Assembly (NCBI GenBank): GCA_043742405.1
Contig: JAYTYL010000023.1
Location: forward strand, 1-24,072
Length of the DNA: 24,072 nucleotides
Source: a bacterium
GTDB taxonomy: Bacteria > Patescibacteriota > Minisyncoccia > Phycocordibacterales > UBA5272
Direction: 5' to 3'
Made by a program: the position numbers and the translations under genes. The notes under the pieces are model-generated. The model had not been told where the DNA came from. It saw nothing but the letters and a program-made list of their open reading frames with translations, and searched no databases. Positions 16,951-24,072 of the stretch are shown here, piece after piece. How positions within the stretch are numbered: the first letter of the stretch is position 1; every line of letters begins with the position of its first letter.

Positions 16951-16959
16951 TGCTAGACT
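16951..16959 (+). promoter_or_regulatory. Extended -10 promoter (TGcTAGACT) for ftsEX
   Basis: 21 nt before ATG 16981. Confidence 0.55.
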
Positions 16960-16980
16960 GTTTACTGAAAAAGCTAAAAC

Positions 16981-17685
16981 ATGATTTCTTTTAAAAATGT
17001 TCATAAATCTTACAAGACAAGTGTTCCAGTATTTAAAGACTTAAACATAGACATCGAGCCTGGTGAATTTGTAATTATGACAGGAAAAGCAGGTAGTGGA
17101 AAAACAACTTTCCTAAAATTAATTTTGAATGAGGTTTCACCAACTGAGGGCGATGTATTTTATGAAGGAATAGATTTAGATAAAATGTCTGGTGGACAAC
17201 TTAAAAAATATCGCCGGGACCTGGGTGCAATTTTTCAAGATTATAAACTACTTCCGTACAAAACAGCTTTTGAGAATATTGCCTTTTCACTTGAAGTTAT
17301 GGGAGAAAGTGATGAAAATATTTTTATGGACACTATGGAGGTTATAAAAATAGTGGGCCTAGAACAAAGAAAAGATCATTTTCCAAATGAACTTTCTGGT
17401 GGTGAAAAGCAAAAAGTTGCTATTGGTCGTGCACTTGTTTCTAGACCAAAAGTTATTTTGGCGGACGAACCAACGGGAAGTCTTGATGAGGAAGCAGCAA
17501 AAGAAATTTTACAAGTTTTGAAAGCTATAAACGCTTTAGGAACCACAGTTATTATGACAACTCATAACGAAAGACTAGTTCAGTACACCAAAGGTGCAAG
17601 AAAAATCAATATCGCAGATGGTGGAGTCGTACACGATGAGCACAATAAAATTGTGCATAGTGAATCTATTAATTTTGTTATATAA
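16981..17685 (+). CDS. ftsE: Cell division ATP-binding protein FtsE
   Basis: Walker A GKAGSGKTT, IFQDYKLLP, LSGGEKQKV, ILADEPTG, TTH; lies between prfB and an FtsX-type permease. Confidence 0.9.
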   Translation: MISFKNVHKSYKTSVPVFKDLNIDIEPGEFVIMTGKAGSGKTTFLKLILNEVSPTEGDVFYEGIDLDKMSGGQLKKYRRDLGAIFQDYKLLPYKTAFENIAFSLEVMGESDENIFMDTMEVIKIVGLEQRKDHFPNELSGGEKQKVAIGRALVSRPKVILADEPTGSLDEEAAKEILQVLKAINALGTTVIMTTHNERLVQYTKGARKINIADGGVVHDEHNKIVHSESINFVI

Positions 17686-17692
17686 TAAATAT

Positions 17693-18631
17693 ATGCAAAA
17701 ATTTTTAAGAAATTTGAGTAGGGGTGTTACCGGTGGAATAAAGAAATCTTTCCGCATGACTCACGTCTTTATACCGTTGATATTATTTTTTTTCGTAGTA
17801 ATAACTTTTTCATCCATTGTCTTATTCGGATATGCAATGGCAAACAACCTTGTAGGAGAACTAAATAGCAAGCTAAATATTGTTGTTTATTTTGATGCAA
17901 AGACTTCGCAAAACTTCATAGATGATATTGTAAAAAAAATAGAGAACATGAAGGCGGTTTCGCAGACTGAGTACATATCTTCAACACAGGCTCTTGATGC
18001 TTTTAAACTAAGACATGCAAATGACTCACTTGCACTTTCTGCCCTAGAAGAAACTGGTATAAATCCATTTGGACCATCAATAGTTGTTTTTGCTAAAAAA
18101 CCAGAAGACTATAAAACTATTAATTTTGATATAGAAACAATCAACAAAGCTTATAAAAATGTTGATAACAATATAGATCAAAAACCTATAGAAAGTATTT
18201 CCTATGAAAATCACGAAGTGGCAATAAATAAATTTGGCAACATGCTTGCTAAGGGCAGAATTATTTTTGGGATAATTATTATTGCCTTGTCTTTGATCCT
18301 GCTTTTTATATCTTACATTGCTCTTCGATTTGCAACACAAGGCGATAGGGACGAAATAAAAGTGATGAAACTCGTCGGAGCATCAAACATACTAATCATT
18401 GGTCCAACTGCTATTATGGGCATGTTTTCAGGCTTTCTGGGGGCAATTATGTCTCTAGTTTCGCTTTATTTTATTGCGCTCTACATTTCGCCGTACACAG
18501 TCGGTTTTTACGGATTCAATTTACTAAATTGGTATGTGCAAAATATCCAATTTTTTATTATAGGAAACATTTTTTTTGGAATGTTCATTGGTTTTATGGG
18601 TTCTGTTTTTGCAATCCGTAGACACTTGTAA
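17693..18631 (+). CDS. ftsX: Cell division permease FtsX (start moved to ATG 17693)
   Basis: N-terminal TM, extracytoplasmic loop (IVVYF, YISSTQALDAFK, NPFGPSIVV), EIKVMKLVGAS and three C-terminal TMs. Confidence 0.9.
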   Translation: MQKFLRNLSRGVTGGIKKSFRMTHVFIPLILFFFVVITFSSIVLFGYAMANNLVGELNSKLNIVVYFDAKTSQNFIDDIVKKIENMKAVSQTEYISSTQALDAFKLRHANDSLALSALEETGINPFGPSIVVFAKKPEDYKTINFDIETINKAYKNVDNNIDQKPIESISYENHEVAINKFGNMLAKGRIIFGIIIIALSLILLFISYIALRFATQGDRDEIKVMKLVGASNILIIGPTAIMGMFSGFLGAIMSLVSLYFIALYISPYTVGFYGFNLLNWYVQNIQFFIIGNIFFGMFIGFMGSVFAIRRHL

Positions 18632-18645
18632 GATGAAAAATTTCA

Positions 18646-18654
18646 TGCTATAAT
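18646..18654 (+). promoter_or_regulatory. Extended -10 promoter (TGcTATAAT) for rplU
   Basis: 9 nt before ATG 18664. Confidence 0.7.
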
Positions 18655-18663
18655 TACTGAAAT

Positions 18664-18975
18664 ATGAAATTCGCAATAGTTAAAACAGGAGGAAAACAAT
18701 ATATCACCAAAGTGGGTGACAAATTAAAAATTGAAAAAATTATCGGCGATTTTAAAGTTGGCTCTAAAGTAGTTTTTGATAATATATTAGCGACCTTTAC
18801 TGATGATAAGGTAGATCTCGGTACGCCCACAACAACTGGAAAAGTAGAAGCAGAGATAACAGCAATTGCAAGACATGACAAAGTCACAGTTTTAAGATAT
18901 ATGCCAAAGTCTCGCTGGGCAAAAAAGAATGGCCACAAGCAACCGTATTTTGAAGTTAAAATTCTTTCTGTATAA
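18664..18975 (+). CDS. rplU: 50S ribosomal protein L21
   Basis: MKFAIVKTGGKQY...LKIEK...KKNGHKQPYFEVKI matches the L21 pattern. Confidence 0.97.
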   Translation: MKFAIVKTGGKQYITKVGDKLKIEKIIGDFKVGSKVVFDNILATFTDDKVDLGTPTTTGKVEAEITAIARHDKVTVLRYMPKSRWAKKNGHKQPYFEVKILSV

Positions 18976-18979
18976 AAAG

Positions 18980-20185
18980 CTAACTCCACTCGTACTTTCT
19001 AGAACCTCTTGCAATAAAGTCCAAACTGGGACTTTTTTTGCTTTCTATTTGTAAGGCGCAGGTAAGTGCTATCATAAGTGCATTGTCGGTTGCCAAATCT
19101 TTTGCAGAGTAAAACAGCTCGATGCTTAATTCTTTGGCTAGGCTTTGAAAAATTTCTTTTAAATAGCTGTTTGAGGCCACACCACCACCGACAACCAAAG
19201 TCTGAATGTTGTATTCCCCCACAGCTTTTTTAGTTTTATAAATCAAAATATCTTTTACCACTTCTTCAAATTCTGTTGCAACCTGTATTTTTAAATCTTC
19301 GTTTATAGTTACTAGCTTCTGAAGAAAATATAGTATGTGGGTTTTGATTCCAGAAAATGAGAAATTTAAATCTTTAGAATAAATCATTGGCCGAGGGAAG
19401 TTTAATGGTAAATTTTTTTTCTCTCTGCCTATCTTTGCAAGCTTACCTATTTCTGGGCCACCAGGATAGGGAAGTCCCAGCATTCTTGCCACTTTGTCAT
19501 AAGCTTCACCGCAAGCATCATCTTGTGTTTCTCCTATTTTTTCATACTTTTGACTTTCCCTACTTAGTACAAGCTCGGTATGTCCACCAGAAATCAGAAG
19601 TGCAAGCACGGGGTAACCGAGTTGTGGTAAGGCAATAATATTGTCCACTCTTTGTGAAATTCCTCCCACGATATGTCCTTCCATGTGGTTAATAGGATAA
19701 ATAGAGATTCTGTTCATGGATGTTTTGGAGAGTAGCATAGCTACAATTTTACTAAAATTTACTCCTACCCAAAGTGCGGGTGGTAAGCCTGGGCCATTTG
19801 TCACAGCTATAAAATCAATTTCTATATCTTTTTTCAACCTAAATTTTGAAAAAAAATCAAAAACATTTTCTTTCAAATCTGGATACCTTTCTAACAATTC
19901 TATATCTGCACCAAGTATTTCTATAATTCTTTCGTGTGCAAGGTCGTCCACTTCTAACATATTTGTATCACTTAAAACTTTATGTAAAAGCGGAACAAGA
20001 TTTTTTTCATGTTCACGCCTTGCAAGTTGCGGGTACACACCACCGTGCTCTCTATGTAAATTTATTTGCGATATTGTCTCATGAGAGAGAATCTTATAAC
20101 TTAAAACACTATCACTATTTTCTAACTTCTCAATAAGTGCAATGCTTGTCTCGTCACAAGATGTCTCAATGGCTAGTATTTTCAT
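18980..20185 (-). CDS. tsaD: tRNA N6-adenosine threonylcarbamoyltransferase TsaD with a ~40-aa insertion (start ATG 20185)
   Basis: ILAIETSCDETS, HGGVYPQLARREH, IAVTNGPGL, NHMEGH, LLISGGHTEL, DDACGEAYDKVAR, GGPEI, FSFSG, GGVASN, TDNALMIA. Confidence 0.96.
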   Translation of the reverse strand: MKILAIETSCDETSIALIEKLENSDSVLSYKILSHETISQINLHREHGGVYPQLARREHEKNLVPLLHKVLSDTNMLEVDDLAHERIIEILGADIELLERYPDLKENVFDFFSKFRLKKDIEIDFIAVTNGPGLPPALWVGVNFSKIVAMLLSKTSMNRISIYPINHMEGHIVGGISQRVDNIIALPQLGYPVLALLISGGHTELVLSRESQKYEKIGETQDDACGEAYDKVARMLGLPYPGGPEIGKLAKIGREKKNLPLNFPRPMIYSKDLNFSFSGIKTHILYFLQKLVTINEDLKIQVATEFEEVVKDILIYKTKKAVGEYNIQTLVVGGGVASNSYLKEIFQSLAKELSIELFYSAKDLATDNALMIALTCALQIESKKSPSLDFIARGSRKYEWS

Positions 20186-20196
20186 AAATTTCACTA

Positions 20197-20206
20197 TATA
20201 ATACCA
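20197..20206. promoter_or_regulatory. Overlapping divergent -10 boxes: TGgTATTAT (minus, 20198-20206) for tsaD and TATAAT (plus, 20197-20202) for ORF 20220
   Basis: tataatacca. The minus box is 12 nt from ATG 20185 and the plus box is 17 nt from ATG 20220. Confidence 0.5.
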
Positions 20207-20219
20207 TTAAGTAAAAGAT

Positions 20220-20990
20220 ATGTCATTCAGACCAGATAGAGCCATGAACCATGAAAATATTTCTTCAATCCAAAGACTTGAGCAAGAGCTATATAGTATT
20301 ATTAGACAGGATCCATACATTAATTTGTGGGATAAAAAGGAATACGATAAATTTATTCTGAGCTTAAAATTTAAGTTCATAAAATTTTATAAAGGACACC
20401 AAGATTCCATATCGTTTGACGAATTTCAAAGTAAGGTTAGTACTCAGATTCGTAGTTTTTTATTATCATCTCATCACAATACGACAGAGCGAGAAATCTC
20501 AAACAAAACCGCAGATGATATCAATGATTGGTTTGACAGATTAAATGAGAAAGCTGAAGAATTGGAGTTGGAGGAATGTAAACAGTTTGACTACAGTTTT
20601 GAAATAAAAAATTTTACAGAATATTATAGGGACGATATATTGGTTTTCTGTGAGTATGTCGAAAATGAGTTCTTACAATTATTTACTGATTTGGATGAAG
20701 AAGTCGTCAAAAAAAAGTTTGACTACTTCTTCAGATGTTTTACGAGGTGGCTTGAAGTATTTGGTGGCATAGGTGAGACAAAAATCCTAGTTGTAGATGC
20801 TGAAGCTGAGAGTGAAAAATTAATGACAAGTGTTTTGGGGTTATTCTATAGAATAGACACCTCAACAAAAATATTGGAACTCAAACCAAATGTAAATAGA
20901 AAAAAATTAATAATATTTTTAACAAAGCTAAGAGATATAATTCGAATTGTAATAAACAAAGATTCTAGTGGTGGCAAATTAGAAAATTAA
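20220..20990 (+). CDS. Hypothetical protein (256 aa, acidic and aromatic, probably helical)
   Basis: Long ORF filling the gap between tsaD and thrS; no motif recognised. Confidence 0.75.
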   Translation: MSFRPDRAMNHENISSIQRLEQELYSIIRQDPYINLWDKKEYDKFILSLKFKFIKFYKGHQDSISFDEFQSKVSTQIRSFLLSSHHNTTEREISNKTADDINDWFDRLNEKAEELELEECKQFDYSFEIKNFTEYYRDDILVFCEYVENEFLQLFTDLDEEVVKKKFDYFFRCFTRWLEVFGGIGETKILVVDAEAESEKLMTSVLGLFYRIDTSTKILELKPNVNRKKLIIFLTKLRDIIRIVINKDSSGGKLEN

Positions 20991-22741
20991 TTCAAAGTTC
21001 TGTCTTTTATCTCACCTAAAATTCTATTAACAAAATCTTCAACACTTATATTTTCTAGTTTCTCTGTCCGGCCTTCAACTGTAAGAAGCTGTGAATCTCT
21101 TTCTTTGTCACCAATTACAATTACATAGGGAACTTTCATGTCTTTTGCTGCGCGAATTCTTTTCCCTAAACTCTCATTTCTATCGTCGAGGCTTACTCTT
21201 ACATTTTTCTCTTTCAAACTTTTATAAATTTCGTTTGCAAATTTGTTGTGAAGCTCGGCTTTTACAGGAACAATTGTAATTTGGGTAGGGGAAAGCCAAA
21301 CTGGAAATGCTCCCGCAAAGTGTTCTATCATTACTCCCAAAAACCTTTCCAGTGAACCTGCAATTGCGCGATGAATTACAACAGGTTGTTCATCTTTTCC
21401 ATCTTCATTTACAAATGACAATTTGAATCTTTCTGGTTGGTTAAAATCACACTGAATAGTCGCCAACTGCCATTCTCTGCCTATGGCATCTTTAAACATA
21501 AAGTCTAGTTTTGGACCATAGAAAGCAGCCTCGCCCACACCTTCAAAGTATGGAAGATTGTGCTTATTGCAAATACTTCTCAGTGCATCTTCTGCTATTT
21601 TCCAATTTTCATCGGTTCCTAACCACTTACTCTTGTCTTGGTCTCCCAGTGAAAGTCGTACTTTATAGGAGTCAAGCATTCCGAAAACTTTATAAAATTT
21701 GTGTAGAGCTTCTAGAATAATATCCACCTCTTGTTCAATCTGAGAAATTCTACATATTACATGACCATCATCTTGGGTAAGTGCTCTTACTCTTGTAAGA
21801 CCTCCAAGTTGGCCAGATTTTTCATCACGGTAAACAGTTGCAGGCTCAAAATATCTGACTGGCATATCTCTATATGAAAATTGATTGTCTTTAAAAAGTT
21901 CCATATGGAAAGGGCAGTTCATAGGCTTCATCCAAAATTTTTCCTTTGAAGTCCCTCCAAAGACAGAAAACATATCTTCCAAGTAGTGTCCTGCGTGTCC
22001 AGAAATTTGGTAAAGTGCTTCTTTTGTCATGTGTGGAGTCCAAACCCACTCATAATTATGTTCTTTATGTAAGCTCCACAAATATTCAGTCAATTCACGT
22101 CGCAAAATATTTCCATTCTTTTGAAAAAGTGGTAGGCCTGCACCAACCAAGTCAGAAGTTGTGAAAAGTTTGAGTTTGGGTCCCAAAATTCTATGATCTC
22201 GTTTTTTTGCCTCTTCTTGTTGCCAAATGTATTTTTCAAGCTCTTCTTTTGTGTCAAAGGCCAGACCGTAAATACGAGTTAGTTGAGTATTTTCAGCATT
22301 GCCACGCCAGTATGCGCCGGCCAATTTTTCAAGTTTAAATGAACCTGGTAAAATCTCCTCTGCGGGGAATTCACAATGACCACCACGACAAAGGTCGGAA
22401 TAATTTCCATTTTTATAAAAAGAAAGCTCCTCACCGGCAGGTGAGAATTCATTTATCAATTCTGCTTTATAAGGGTTCTCAGGGTAAAAAGTGAGCGCGT
22501 TTTCTTTTGTGAGCATTTCTTTTTTTGTATCTACCCAGCTTGGCAATATCTCTACCATTTTATCTTCTATTTTTTTAAGGTCTGCTTCAGTTATTTTTTC
22601 TATACCGAAGTCAAAATCAAAATAAAAACCATTTTCTATCGCTGGACCAATGGTTCTTTTTGCTGTAGGGTAAATTTCCAAAACTGCAGCTGCTAGTAAG
22701 TGCGCTAGAGTATGTCTCTTGTGTTCAATGTTTGGATTCAT
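20987..22741 (-). CDS. thrS: Threonine--tRNA ligase lacking the N-terminal TGS domain
   Basis: RHTLAHLLAAAV editing domain, DLCRGGH, AGAYWRG, RDHRILG, KPMNCPFH, YRDEKSGQLGGLTRVR, YGPKLDF, IHRAIAGSLERF and anticodon-binding domain. Confidence 0.98.
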   Translation of the reverse strand: MNPNIEHKRHTLAHLLAAAVLEIYPTAKRTIGPAIENGFYFDFDFGIEKITEADLKKIEDKMVEILPSWVDTKKEMLTKENALTFYPENPYKAELINEFSPAGEELSFYKNGNYSDLCRGGHCEFPAEEILPGSFKLEKLAGAYWRGNAENTQLTRIYGLAFDTKEELEKYIWQQEEAKKRDHRILGPKLKLFTTSDLVGAGLPLFQKNGNILRRELTEYLWSLHKEHNYEWVWTPHMTKEALYQISGHAGHYLEDMFSVFGGTSKEKFWMKPMNCPFHMELFKDNQFSYRDMPVRYFEPATVYRDEKSGQLGGLTRVRALTQDDGHVICRISQIEQEVDIILEALHKFYKVFGMLDSYKVRLSLGDQDKSKWLGTDENWKIAEDALRSICNKHNLPYFEGVGEAAFYGPKLDFMFKDAIGREWQLATIQCDFNQPERFKLSFVNEDGKDEQPVVIHRAIAGSLERFLGVMIEHFAGAFPVWLSPTQITIVPVKAELHNKFANEIYKSLKEKNVRVSLDDRNESLGKRIRAAKDMKVPYVIVIGDKERDSQLLTVEGRTEKLENISVEDFVNRILGEIKDRTLN

Positions 22742-22776
22742 ATTTTTATTTTGCTATATTTATTTTGTATTTAAAT

Positions 22777-22785
22777 ATGATAACA
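22777..22785 (-). promoter_or_regulatory. Extended -10 promoter (TGtTATCAT) for thrS
   Basis: Plus-strand atgataaca, 35 nt upstream of ATG 22741. Confidence 0.5.
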
Positions 22786-22886
22786 TTTATTTAAAAAATG
22801 GGGAAGTAACTTAAATTTATTAAACAACTTTGATTGCACTTTGTCAATATTGCTTATTTTATAGAAAAGAATATGATAATGTAACC

Positions 22887-23795
22887 ATGAACAGTACAAC
22901 ACATAAACAACATTCTGCCAACACTTGGAAAACTTGGTTTTTCTTACTAACATTCTCACTCTTAGTAGGAGCTATCGGGTTTTGGCTAGCGAACTATTTT
23001 AACAATCGGCTATTCTTTTGGCTTGGATCACTATTTTCCATAAGCATGTCGGTCTGGTCTTACTGGTTTTCTGACAAAATGGTCCTTAAAATGGCAAATG
23101 CCAGGCCGCTGAAGGAAAACGAAAATGGAGATTTAAAAAATATGGTACAGAAACTAGCTTCGAGCGCTTCGCTCCCGATGCCTAAAATTTACATTATTGA
23201 CGACCCAAGTCCAAATGCTTTTGCAACAGGTAGAAACCCTGAAAACTCCGCCATAGCTTTTACCACAGGTATATTAAGTCTCCTAGACAAATCAGAGTTA
23301 GAGGGTGTTGCAGCCCATGAGCTTTCACATGTCATGAACCGAGATACTCTTCTTATGACAATTGTGGCAGTGGTAGCAAACCTAGTACAAACGGCAGCCA
23401 ATATGATGTATTACTTCTCACCAAGCAATAGTCAGGAAAATAAGAATCTTATTTTAAGTATTGCAACTACTCTCATGATAATGATTCTGGCTCCACTTGC
23501 AGCAACTATTATTCAGCTTGCCGTTTCTCGTCGTCGTGAATTTGCCGCCGATGCCTCGGGCGCAGAGTTGACAAACTATCCAAAAGCATTGGCTTCAGCA
23601 CTAGAGAAAATTTCCAAGTTTCCTTTCGGAATGCAAAATTTAAATCCATCTATTTCTCATTTATTTATTTCAGAGCCTGAGAAAAATGGTTTCAGTGTAG
23701 CTGGAAAAACAAAAGTAACTTCTTGGTTCAAAAAACTTTTTATGACCCATCCTCCAACAGAGGAAAGAATCGAGGCACTACTAGCAATAAGGTAG
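22887..23795 (+). CDS. htpX: Membrane zinc metalloprotease HtpX, M48 family (start moved to ATG 22887)
   Basis: N-terminal TMs, PNAFATGRNPENSAIAFTTG, AHELSH (HExxH), SRRREFAADASGA, LASALEKI, THPPTEERI. Confidence 0.96.
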   Translation: MNSTTHKQHSANTWKTWFFLLTFSLLVGAIGFWLANYFNNRLFFWLGSLFSISMSVWSYWFSDKMVLKMANARPLKENENGDLKNMVQKLASSASLPMPKIYIIDDPSPNAFATGRNPENSAIAFTTGILSLLDKSELEGVAAHELSHVMNRDTLLMTIVAVVANLVQTAANMMYYFSPSNSQENKNLILSIATTLMIMILAPLAATIIQLAVSRRREFAADASGAELTNYPKALASALEKISKFPFGMQNLNPSISHLFISEPEKNGFSVAGKTKVTSWFKKLFMTHPPTEERIEALLAIR

Positions 23796-23850
23796 TTTCT
23801 TTTGGTTTCTCGGGAACAAACTAAAATAGATTTCGTCCTAAAATTCTAGC

Positions 23851-23874
23851 AAAACTCATTCTACCTGAATTGAG
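23851..23874 (-). terminator. Weak hairpin plus U-tract just after the stop of the minus-strand edge gene
   Basis: Minus strand reads CTCAATTC-AGGTA-GAATGAG-TTTT: a 7-bp stem with one bulge and only four U. Confidence 0.25.
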
Positions 23875-23880
23875 AACCCT

Positions 23881-24072
23881 CTACTTTGTACTAAGTTGCA
23901 CTTTTCCAATTTTAAGACCACTCACTCCATCACCTAAATAAGTATAGGTGGGTGTGTTTTCTATATACATGGTAATTCTCAACTTTTTAGGTATGGTAGC
24001 CAGCACTCCTTCAATATTTACACTATAACTATTGTCTGGGTTTTTAGTTATAGAATTTTCTGTGATTTTACT
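23881..24072 (-). CDS. 3' end of a gene truncated by the window edge (...SVNIEGVLATIPKKLRITMYIENTPTYTYLGDGVSGLKIGKVQLSTK*)
   Basis: I translated this by hand: 63 sense codons open from 24072 to TAG at 23883-23881. Beta-strand-like composition; family unknown. Confidence 0.6.
   Translation of the reverse strand, partial: SKITENSITKNPDNSYSVNIEGVLATIPKKLRITMYIENTPTYTYLGDGVSGLKIGKVQLSTK

Noticed and set aside
1390-23401. Other short overlapping ORFs in the track (e.g. 5300-5740, 7378-7707, 9797-10288, 10895-11263, 18654-18989, 19716-20084)
   Set aside because: All lie within or opposite well-supported genes and have no recognisable motifs.
23804-23878. Structured ncRNA in the htpX downstream gap (ggtttctc pairing with gagaacc)
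   Set aside because: Only 7 bp with a bulge, competing with a weak terminator-like hairpin; not distinguishable from chance without covariation data.
1-24072. UGA-to-Gly recoding (code 25, as in Gracilibacteria/Absconditabacteria)
   Set aside because: Long conserved genes are intact under code 11 with no in-frame TGA, and an RF2 with the SPF motif is encoded.
1-24072. CRISPR array, tRNA/rRNA, IS element or prophage
   Set aside because: No regularly spaced direct repeats, GGTTCRA T-loop/cloverleaf, transposase, integrase or terminal inverted repeats seen.

Overview
AT-rich, very densely packed bacterial chromosome segment made up mostly of single-copy housekeeping genes: obgE, gatB, tgt, grpE-(small ORF)-dnaK-dnaJ, trpS, prfB, ftsE-ftsX, rplU, tsaD, thrS and htpX. 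It also encodes three redox/metabolic enzymes (FAD-linked 2-hydroxyacid oxidase family, stand-alone malic enzyme, class I pyridine nucleotide-disulfide oxidoreductase) and several single-gene ORFans. Shortened RF2, ThrS without the TGS domain, an insertion in TsaD, a stand-alone gatB and almost no Shine-Dalgarno motifs suggest a Patescibacteria/CPR (Parcubacteria-like) genome using code 11; this is an inference. I found no rRNA, tRNA, CRISPR array, integrase or transposase, and I cannot support a clearly new multi-gene system. The best leads are: (1) nearly every transcription unit has a TGnTAnnnT extended -10 box, often 6-10 nt from the ATG, suggesting leaderless or near-leaderless expression; (2) a promoter-positioned ATG at 3323 leads into an in-frame A_AAA_AAG slippery site that would join it to the 3358 ORF by a -1 shift; (3) Tgt has lost all three Zn-binding cysteines; (4) several core proteins are remodelled (DnaJ internal deletion, RF2 domain-1 truncation, Lys-rich Obg insertion, TsaD insertion); (5) a small acidic ORF sits inside grpE-dnaK; (6) an ORFan has a HExxH metalloprotease motif; and (7) another ORFan is built from a 43-aa repeat.
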